Assembly (NCBI RefSeq): GCF_006345805.1
Contig: NC_043010.1
Coordinates: 6,324,001-6,388,000 of the forward strand
Source of the DNA: Octopus sinensis
Taxonomy: Eukaryota
Length of the DNA: 64,000 bases
Direction of reading: 5' to 3'
The notes below the pieces were generated by a model. It was not told the origin of the DNA, did no database searches, and saw only the letters and a program-made list of their open reading frames with translations. Position numbers and translations under genes: made by a program. Positions within the stretch are counted from its first letter, which is position 1. Each line of letters opens with the position of its first letter. Shown in pieces: positions 53,410-64,000 of the stretch.

Positions 53410-53630
53410 ATTGAGAGAGAAGGATTCCAGTTTGGGTTTCAACTATAATGTGGTTGCTATATTTCTTGTCAATCAGATATAACAGAAATCTTGATAAAAA
53501 GGAAGAACTTTCTGGTTATTTTGTTGATGTAGAAATGTCTCTTGATAGAGTTCCTAGTTTTGAAATCTGATAAGCAATAGTAAAGGTTTACCAGTTAAAA
53601 TGACTTATTCAGGCTATGGTTAAACTGAAG
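53410..53630 (+). pseudogene. RTE-type reverse transcriptase remnant
   Basis: Reads FQFGF, AIFLVNQI and YFVDVEMSLDRVPS..LIQAM across stops and frameshifts, matching the QFGF / FVDLEKAFDRVPR motifs of RTE RTs. Confidence 0.65.
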
Positions 53631-53722
53631 AATAGCTTATGAGAATTATTCAGGTTCTGATTAAGTTAATGTTAATATATTTAATTTAGTGAAAATTAAA
53701 AAAATTAATAAATGGTGATTTT

Positions 53723-54010
53723 ATATTACAGAGATGTACTTGCATAGCGAGTGACTTGATCCGAGATCATGTGCTGGAAAGAAAACAATTGCAGTGTGGA
53801 AGGTGTTTATGAGCAATTCAAGAAACACACAAAACCTGTTAGATTCACTTCAACATTTAAATTTGATTTGTCAAAATATTTTCGTCGCTTTGAGTCCATG
53901 ACCTGTTCACTGACGTCGTGGTCTCAAAGCGACGAAAATATTTTGACAAATTAAATTTAAATGTTGAAGTGAATCTAACGGTTTTTGGCGATTTTATAGT
54001 AAGTGAAAAA
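53723..54010. mobile_element. Foldback element with long inverted arms
   Basis: Arms 53831-53898 / 53919-53986 are nearly perfectly complementary around a 20-nt loop; outer limits approximate. Confidence 0.8.
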
Positions 54011-54149
54011 CAATATTAATTCAGCAATTAATATTATTTTTTAAATTTTATCAAGCTTGGGAGACAATAATAGTTGTCTTTTGACATAGGCTACCTTTAT
54101 TCAGGAAGAGGGAAACAGATTTTACTGCATTTGGTGAACTTTTAGCTTT

Positions 54150-54480
54150 TTTTTTATTACTTGTTGCAGTTGTTAGGGCATCGCCTTGAAAAATTTTAGT
54201 TGAACTTATTGACCCCAGTTCTTTTGCTGAACTGCTAAGTTACATGGATGTAAATACACCAACACTGGTTGTCAAGTGATGGTGGGGGACAAACACATAC
54301 CCAGACACACACACGCACACATAATGAACTTCTTTCAGATTCTATTTACCTAATCCACCCACAAGTCTTTTTCCAGCCTCAGACTATAGTAGAAGACACT
54401 GTCCCAAGGTACCAAGCAGTGGGACTGAACCCAGAACCATGTGACTGGAAAGCAAACTCTTTACCACACAGCCACACCTG
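54150..54480 (-). mobile_element. Diverged SINE family A
   Basis: Degenerate match to family A. Confidence 0.72.
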
Positions 54481-54500
54481 CACTGGTAATGAACTGAAAT

Positions 54501-55450
<950 letters not shown>

Positions 55451-55461
55451 TATATATATAA

Positions 55462-55507
55462 ATCCTTAATATAGTATACCAAAGCTTTGGTATACTATAT
55501 TAAGGAT
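55462..55507. repeat. Perfect 46-bp palindrome
   Basis: atccttaatatagtataccaaag|ctttggtatactatattaaggat. Confidence 0.97.
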
Positions 55508-56161
55508 CCAAATTAATTGAATACTAACTGAAGTGTCTCAGATCCAGGTGAATGTACAACCTGCTGTCCTTCACATAATCCTAGTACTTAAAGCTATAAT
55601 GAAGTTATCTCAATAAAAATGGCATAATGTAATTTGGAGGATATGAAAGCAGATTAGAATTTTGACTAAGTATTTCCCATAAGAGTTTGCAGGGGATATA
55701 ATTCATATGTAGCTACAATAAGGAAAATTACTTAGGGGGCCCCTTCTGCATGAAAACCGAATGCCAAAAATGGTCTTAACATACTTAGTTATTACTGGCA
55801 AAGCTTATGCAGAGGTATATTCTTGGTGAGTTAAATCTATTCATACATACATATGTACATACAAACATACACACACACACTTACACACTTATATATCAAA
55901 AGGATGCGTTATAGTACTATTCCACAACCATACCAACAATCCAACATATATAAATATATTTATATATATATAAATACACACACACACACGTATTAGTTTT
56001 TCCGTGGGGCTGGCCGGATCGGAGCGATCTCAAGATTAATCAGCCGAAATTGCAAGGATGATCTGGTTCTTGACTGAAGATTGAAGGCTTCGAATGTCCC
56101 ATCCGTGTTTTTTGTATCATCTTCTAAATGTTTTACGTTCTTGTCCCAGTTTGTATTTTTC

Positions 56162-56232
<71 letters not shown>

Positions 56233-56469
56233 TATTTATACGTATGTGTATCTATCTATCTATCTATCTATATATATATACAGGCATACAAAAGGTGATA
56301 CAGCCTGCAAGAGCAGTATGGATGGAATCATATGATGAAAAGAACATGGAATATATCAATGCATGTAAACAATGACTAAAAGTTTGAAAAGGATAAAAAT
56401 TAGATAATTGACTTTTTTCTGGTTTTGTCTTATATTTTAATATTCTCTTTTACTCTTTTACTTGTTTCA

Positions 56470-56905
56470 GTCATCACTGGTGATGGCAACATTATGCCTC
56501 CATTCATCTTCTCACGCAGCCTCACATTCAACATAGAGGCCTACATTAAGTGCCTGGAGGAGGTAGTGTTGCCCTGGGTGAAGAGGGTGGCTGATGGAAG
56601 ACCCTATGTCTAGCAACAGGACGCCACACAAGCAGCAGAACCCATTCGTGACTGTCAGACAAATTCTGTGACCAACCACATCACCCCTAACATCTGGCTA
56701 TCAGACTGCAACACCCTTGATTATTATGTGTGGGGTGCAGCTGAACGAGAGACTAACAAACTCCTTGTGACACCAAAGATGAACTGAAAGCAAGGATTAT
56801 GGCCACATTCACCAACTTAAACAAGGAGACCAAACAGAAGAGTTGCTGGAGATTCCGAAGTCATCTTGAGGCCATGGTTTAAGCCGATGGCAATTTTATG
56901 GAATA
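56470..56905 (+). pseudogene. Tc1/mariner superfamily (DD37D/maT-like) transposase C-terminal remnant
   Basis: ITGDGNIMPPFIF...YIKCLEEVVLPWVKRVADGRPYV*QQD...HITPNIW..DCNTLDYYVWG...KDELKARI...RFRSHLEAMV, with stops and frameshifts. Confidence 0.88.
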
Positions 56906-56939
56906 AATTTACTTTCTAGTATTTCAAGATATTTTTCTG

Positions 56940-57720
56940 TGTGGTGAGCTGGCAAAAACCGTTTTTACGCCAGGTGAAATGCTTATCTATATTTCGTTTG
57001 TCACTACCTTCTGAGTTCAAATTCCATTGAGGTTAACTTTACCTTTCATCCTTTCATGGTCAATAAAGTAAGTACCAGTCAAGTACTGGAATCAATGCGA
57101 TTGACTAAACCCACCTCCCCACAAATTCCAGGCCTTGTGCCTATAGTAGAAGGGATAAATCATTATTATTATCCGTGCCAGTGGCATGTAAAAAGCACCA
57201 TCCGTTCGTGGCCGTTGCCAGTCTCACCTGGCCCCCGTGCCAGTGGCACGTAAAAAGCACCATCTGTCCATAGCCGTTTGCCAGCTCCGTCTGGCACCTG
57301 TGCCGGTGGCACATAAAAAGCACCCACTACACTCACGGAGTGGTTGGCGTTAGGAAGGGCATCCAGCTGTAGAAACACTGCCAGATCAGACTGGGCCCGG
57401 TGCAGCCTTCTGGCTTCACAGACCCCAGTTGAACCGTCCAACCCATGCTAGCATGGAAAGCGGACGCTAAACGATGATGATGATGATGATGATGATTATT
57501 ATTAAGGCAATGAGCTGGCAGAATCATTAGCATGCCAGGAAAAAGGCTTAGCAGTATTTTGTCTACCGCTACATTCTGAGTTCAAATTCCACCATGGTCG
57601 ACTTTATCGTTCATTCTTTCAGGTTCAATTAAATAAGTACCAGTTATGCACTAGGGTTCAATGTAATGGACTTAATCCCTTCCCCCAGATTTGAGGCCTT
57701 GTGCTTCCAGGATTAGAAAG
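56940..57720 (+). mobile_element. Cluster: SINE D, LINE-tail family copy (57173-57495), SINE D
   Basis: Matches to 16061-16294 and 5374-5573. Confidence 0.82.
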
Positions 57721-58827
57721 GATTATTATTATTATCATCATTATCATTATCATCATTATTGTTGCTGTTATTATTGTTATCATTATCATCATAATCATCA
57801 TTACCATTATTATTTTATGGTTTGAAAGATGCATCAGAGGTTTTCTTTCTCAAATCACAAATAATTCAGTTCAGCTTAGAATCCACGCATACAAAATATT
57901 CAAGATTAACAAGAGCCTTAGGAAAATCTTCTTCCATCTACAAGGTCTTTTACAATTGATATTTTCTGGAACATGCCTATGTCTTTTCTTATTGGTGAAT
58001 CTGTCAATGGCTTTATAGAAGTGATAGTGTGTCATTCCATTTATATCAATTACAAATGGAATCACAGACAAATTTCTTACATGCCATAATGTTTTTCAAA
58101 ATTGCAGCAAAGAGTCATTGTACGTCCTTAGCATTTCAGCAGCTCACCTCTTCGTAACATTATAGCCATTCAGGATTGCCATATCAATTATCAAACCACA
58201 ATTGTCATTTATTATGTGAAAAAAGAAAAAAAAAGAAGCACATTATGTTTAGAGTGTGGCAGCGAAATCTTCAGTACAGAGTATAAAGGTTGGTTTGGGG
58301 TCGATGTTGGGGTTGGGTCGGTGAACTATCTGTAACGCTGAAGTGCTATAGGGTTTTTACATTGACATTTTCTAAGACTGATGCAGGTTTACATAAGTAC
58401 CGAAAATAATTGAAATTGCATGCTCAGGTATCGTCGTCATTGTCGTTGTCATCATCCTCATGATCATCATCATCATCACCATAATCATCATTGTTATCAT
58501 CATCGTCATTATTATCACTATCTTTGTCATCATCAGCATCACTATCACAACCACCACATCAAAACTTCTACCTTCTTCCTCCTCCTCCTCCTCATCATCA
58601 TCATCATCATTATGATGTCTATGTTTCAATGCTTGCGTGGGTCAGATGACATTTGTTGAGGCAGATTTTCTGTAGCTGGTTGCAAAGTAATATTTTCCCT
58701 CCTCGTACAGTTGTGAACAGCACACAGGCAGGAGATGCCTTTGCAGAAGATTGCATATGAAAAGCACCGCTTGTATTATCGTCAGATTTATTCACAATCA
58801 ATGCATAATGTCTGTACAAGGGCATCA

Positions 58828-58877
<50 letters not shown>

Positions 58878-59289
58878 CTCAAATGAAACACTTCCAAGTA
58901 TTTGGTGTTTGCAATACAAGGCAATGTATGTGTGCATGTAGCCTCCCCCACACACACACACACGCACACACACACAGACAGACAGACAGACAGACACACA
59001 CACACACAGACAGGCACACACACAGACACACACATATGGACAAAGACAGATACACAGATACAGACACACAGACACACACACACATTCCCGTTGACAGGGC
59101 CACAGATATCAAATAAAGTATCAAAACACTTCTGCAAATTAAGACAGCAATACTGCAGCATTGCTTTCTGGGAGATATCTTATGTTAGTAGAATAGTATT
59201 TTAACTGCTATTTCTAAATTGCGGTATGTGGTGAAGCAAATTCTGTTGAACCCTAATTATAATTATGCTCATAATTATAGAATTTTTAG

Positions 59290-59320
<31 letters not shown>

Positions 59321-59324
<4 letters not shown>

Positions 59325-59530
59325 TAATCCAAACAAGAAAACACAAAAAAACACAACAACACGAGGACATGGAACAAATATAGTATTATTGGACGCTCAG
59401 GAAAGAAGGAAAGAAGGAGGGTTTAACGTTTCGAGCAGAGCTCTTTGTCGGAAACATAGGAGAAGGAAATATCCAGAGAAGGGAAGACAGAGGAAAAAAA
59501 ATTGCCAACGGTACACACAAGGTCACATTT
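59321..59530 (-). mobile_element. (TA)n-embedded element with a degenerate minimal hammerhead (family H3)
   Basis: Minus strand 59455-59421: GUUU CCGACAA A GAGC UCU GCUC GAAA CGU U AAAC; shares the downstream UUCCUGAGCG motif with family H1. Confidence 0.7.
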
Positions 59531-59871
59531 TATCTATATATATATATATATATATCAGAGCTATAGTGAGGTTTTAATGTTAGGGAAGTGAGCATATAAA
59601 AAAAAAGGTTCCTTGACACATACCAAACAATTTTAAACTCATTTCTTTAATATTACATGAAATATTTCATCAGTTATAATATCCATGATTGCATTCTACA
59701 TTCGTTAATTTCATATTTCTCTAACAATGTCATTATGTACAGAACTTACAATGACTGACATAGGTAACCAAAGAGTTAATAAAAATTTGTTGAAAAGGTG
59801 CCAATTTTGAAAAATATTCTTGGAAGGAGTGCTCGTGCCCTTTACTCCCTTTTAGCTATGTCACAGAAATA

Positions 59872-60305
59872 TATTGGTTTGGCAAGAAGGAAATTTCGTT
59901 TTTTCGTAAATAGATAGAGTTACAATTTTTTTGAATAACTTTTGTGAATGTTATTATTTTTTTTCCTTTTGACGTTTGATAACCGTTACTTTTAGCTTAC
60001 TGTAGAAGCAAATTGCACATAATTTTGTTTACAGCTGTTAGTTCAGTGTTAATTTTAACATGGAATGCAAAAATGAACATTTTTGCCATATTTTGCTTTT
60101 TTTAATTCAGTAAAAGCAAGAAAGCTGTTGAGGCTCACAAAGAGATATGTGAAGTTTGGTGTGTTGATTGCTTAACAGAATGCACATGTCAGAAATGGTT
60201 TAAAAAATTCTGATTTGGAGATTTTTCACTCAAAGATTATCAACGTTCTGGTTGACCTACTGAAGTTGATGATGACTGAATCAAAGCCATAATTGAATCT
60301 GATTG
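59872..60305 (+). pseudogene. mariner element 5' end with transposase N-terminal (HTH) remnant
   Basis: TIR-like tattggtttggcaag; from ATG 60060: MECKNEHFCHILL..KAVEAHKEICEV...TCQKWFKKF*FGDFSLKDYQRSG*PTEVDDD*IKAIIE. Confidence 0.88.
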
Positions 60306-61160
60306 ATTTTTTACATGTACATAGACCCTCACGTCGCCCGAGGTGGACGGGTGTTAATGTGTGGGCATGCAGATTAAATCTACTATCCATCAACAGGGGC
60401 AGTTCCTTCAACAGCATTCTGTGCACTTTTCTGACAGCCAGATTTTATTCCCATCCGTAGACAATGGTAAAAGACAGATTGACCCAGATGCCATGTAATT
60501 AGGAAGCAAATTTCTTGATCATGCCAAGCTTCCTACTGCAGAGACTTAAAATCACATTGAATTAGATATGTGAACATTTGATCCTTCAACCACCTGCTCA
60601 GCATGTTAACTACTCAACTAGATGCAACTTTCCTTTCAAAGTTATTTGAAATATAATGAAAGTGAGTCTCTGTAATGAGAGATACAGTTAGATAAGGACA
60701 TTATCTTTAAATTTGAAATAATAATTTCCTTACTTTCAGGGAGAGATCTAATTGCAACAACACCGGAATCAGCTTTTACAGACATATTTAGAATCTGCTA
60801 TGATTATAGATAATTGATGTGTGAGTCTATAGAATTATTGCTCTAGCTACTTATGTATTTCAAAGTTAAAACAGTGTTTTGCATAAAGCTAAAGCTTAAT
60901 GCTGAAGAAATGTAAGAATACTTCTACACATATTCGACAACATATATGTAGCTTGCAAAATATTTTTATTATTAGGAGTGTCATCATTTTCTTACCAATA
61001 ACAATGATAATAATAATTGTTTCATATTTTGGCACAAGTACAGCAATTTCAGTGGGTGGGGATTAACCGATTATATCAACCCCATACTTGAACGGTACTT
61101 TATTTAATCGACCTTTAAAGGATAAAAGGCAAAGATAACCTTGATGGGATATATATTTTT

Positions 61161-61199
<39 letters not shown>

Positions 61200-61320
61200 C
61201 AAAAAAACATTATCCTTAATCAAAGAGATAGGCACATAGGGAAAATCAGGGCAGTTCATGAATACTGATTGCTTATTGAAATAAAGGAAAATTTTTGGTC
61301 CTCATATGGCATGTCAGTTA

Positions 61321-61352
<32 letters not shown>

Positions 61353-61674
61353 AAAAATAAGGAGAGAAAGAAACTGAAGATGGCAGAAGAAGAAGAAGAA
61401 GAGAAGAAGAAGAAGATAACAGCGATGGTTGATTTTTGAGTCTGGTCTAGATGTATAAATGTAGCTTAAATCTTGCAGCAGAAAGAACAACATTTGACAT
61501 ATTGACATACAAGAACAGGTCATTCAAAATTCTATAATTCCTGGAATTCCTATAGTACAGAAGGCATAAATCCCCCATAATATACATACATACAAATACA
61601 CACACACATATATATGCATATATACAACATATATGTATATATATACACACACATACATATATATATAACATATA

Positions 61675-61732
<58 letters not shown>

Positions 61733-61751
61733 ATGTATATATATATATATA

Positions 61752-61830
61752 CAGGGTGGCCCAAAAGTAGGTTTACCATTATTCAACTGTCTCTTTTGCA
61801 TTCATATATTAACAGTTCAAATCTTAATCA
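61752..61830. mobile_element. Tc1-like transposon terminus
   Basis: TA followed by cagggtggcccaaaagtaggtttacc; extent uncertain. Confidence 0.5.
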
Positions 61831-62229
61831 TAAAAAAATATGAAATAGGTGGTGCTATTAAGTACCAGGTGGTGCTATTAAGTTAGACATGGCCTGGGCC
61901 AATAATGGCCGAAACCTATCAAAGTATCAAAGTATCAAAGTATGCTAATTTGGTTCCTATTTTACTCAGATGGACCCTCCTAGCCATTCAATGTATAAAA
62001 AAATCCTATTTTATTTTTAGAATCAAATATTACAAACACCATCCATGCTGTAATTGTTTTCGTTTCAGCACACGATCTCAGATCAAATCACTTGCTATGC
62101 AGGTACATCTCCAAATATTAAGAATTATATTTAAAAAATAGTTAAGATATTTTGTGCATTGTAAAAGTATGAACAGAAATGTTTATGACCAGAAATGTTT
62201 ACTTTTGAAATTTAAATTCTTTTCTTCTA

Positions 62230-62420
62230 TTATTCTTTTACTTGTTTCAGTTATTTGACTGTGGTCATGTTGGAGCACTGCCTCAACAAGTGTTAGTTGA
62301 AGAAATCAACCCCAGGACTTATTCTTTGCAAGCCTAGTACTTATTCTATTGATCTCTTTTGCCAAACCGCTAAGTTACAAGTACATAAACACACCAGCAT
62401 TAACTGTCAAGTGATGGTGG

Positions 62421-62451
<31 letters not shown>

Positions 62452-62453
62452 CG

Positions 62454-62455
<2 letters not shown>
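62230..62455 (-). mobile_element. SINE family A, 3' half
   Basis: ggacttattctttgcaagcctagtacttattctattg... Confidence 0.82.
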
Positions 62456-62504
<49 letters not shown>

Positions 62505-62644
62505 GTGTGTGTGTGTGTGTGTTGTGTGTGTGTGTATGTGTGTGTGTGTGTATGTGTGTGTGTTGTGTGTGTGTTGTGTGTGTGTGTGTATTTCTGTGTG
62601 TCTATTACAAGTTTAAAAATTTATTTTCTACCAAAAATGGTAAT

Positions 62645-63470
62645 TTAGCTATTAGATAAAACATAGAATGCTGAAATGCATACCAGACTGAAATATCTAG
62701 TGGAGTCGATATCTTTAACTAAAACTTTTAAATGCAATGCTCTAGCATGAACATAGTCCAATGATTGAAAGCAGTAGAAGTATAGGCAGAAACTTAAAAG
62801 AGCAAGTTTGATTTCCTTATTCAAATATGCCTTTGTTGTTGACGAAATCTTTAAAATTCCATATGTTCTTGGAAAGGCATGAACAACATGCACTCTTGTT
62901 TCTCTTTCACATTCTTCCATGATAAATATGAGTTTTTGTATTTATATAATAAATCAATATTAGATGAAGCACACGTAATTCTGAACTTCAATTAAATTAC
63001 ATTATTCGATGATTACTGGATTGATTACAATTAAATATTACTGGCTCTTCAATCAACAACAATCCCTAGGGTAAATACTTTGCCTGCCCTCCATCTTTTT
63101 TTCAATGGTCGTCTTTCATGAAACTGATGTCATAAGAGCAGAGTTAATTTCCTGCCTATTTAGTTGATAATGCTTAACTGAAGCAATGTGGAACGTATAA
63201 ATGGTTTTAAGGATAACTTAATTTGATCAGTTGTCTTAAACATCTCTTAAATATTCCACATTATGAGATATGCCACAGGAAAATTTTATCAACTATACAA
63301 TTTGGCAATTAGCTAGATGAATGGGTCATTCCCCATAGCATTTTCTTATAAAAGGTCTTAATAGAATTGAATTTGATAAGCTGTAGGTTGTTATATAACT
63401 GCACTTATCACTCCTATTCATATAAGATACACACAACCACAGGATGAAATAGCTTAATAAGAAGCCATCT
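62645..63470 (-). pseudogene. Decayed coding-like region, possibly homologous to 5950-6920
   Basis: 91-aa ORF 62645-62920 plus upstream stop-interrupted frames; collinear short matches to the 6000-6920 segment seen by eye. Confidence 0.25.
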
Positions 63471-63779
63471 TAATTAGATTAAGAGTTAAGTGCTATTTCT
63501 TTTAATTATCACCTGTTTTAGTCATCTCAGACCACCGTGAGCCAATGAGGAATCTTCTATATGGTCGTTCAATTTGCTAAAAATAGCAGCCAAGTCTCCT
63601 TCAAAATACACCTAAGACTTAAGATAAGTCTCATGGTGCACTCTTAACTGAAAAAACTGATTGAATGGTCACAAATGGAATGTCTTTGATCATAGATCTG
63701 TTCAGTCAGTGCCTGCTTGGGATTAAACAGTAACAATTTTAACTCTTCTGTCTTATTAAACAGTCTTAGAATAAACTTT

Positions 63780-63935
63780 GGCTGTGTGGTAAATAGCTTG
63801 CTTCCCAACCACATGATTCTGGGTTCAGTCCCACTACGTGTCACCTTGAGTAAGTGTCTTCTACTATAGCCTTGGGCTGACCAAAGTCTTGTGAGTGGAT
63901 TTGGTAGATGAAACTGAATGAAGCCCATTGTATGT
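63780..63935 (+). mobile_element. SINE family A, 5' half
   Basis: ggctgtgtggtaaatagcttgct...gggttcagtcccact. Confidence 0.85.
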
Positions 63936-63938
63936 ATG

Positions 63939-63977
<39 letters not shown>

Positions 63978-64000
63978 ATTTCTTTATTGCCCACAAGGGG

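Noticed and set aside
55990-56165. Repeat with GGCTG/CAGCC-GAAA and a later CTGAAGA as a type II hammerhead
   Set aside because: Stem I does not pair and the bases after CUGAAGA do not pair with those before GAAA. It remains a possible relic but is unsupported in this copy.

Overview
AT-rich, repeat-saturated animal genomic DNA with no intact protein-coding gene that I can support. The SINE families, (TA)n/(TACA)n/(AAT)n/(GAT)n arrays and Tc1/mariner, RTE and Helitron relics resemble a coleoid cephalopod (octopus) genome; this is an inference, not a database result. Nearly all ORFs in the supplied track are translations of microsatellites or SINEs. Recognisable content: many copies of at least four tRNA-SINE or LINE-tail families, two transposase pseudogene fragments (mariner N-terminus, DD37D-like C-terminus), RTE endonuclease/RT remnants, several MITEs (pogo-, Tc1- and piggyBac-type), a non-autonomous Helitron and foldback elements. 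The most notable signal is a set of unrelated short non-coding repeats, mostly sitting in (TA)n tracts, that each carry a hammerhead ribozyme (HHR) fold. These are an intact type I HHR at 3882-3963, a tRNA-headed SINE with a minimal HHR at 33845-34160, a multi-copy family with a shared CUGUAGA core variant (11383-11418, 48700-48735), a long-stem-I HHR at 41702-41810 whose sister copy has lost the core, and several degenerate or permuted versions. Together they suggest a community of Penelope-like-element-dependent, ribozyme-bearing non-autonomous retroelements. All folds were read by eye and none is tested for cleavage.
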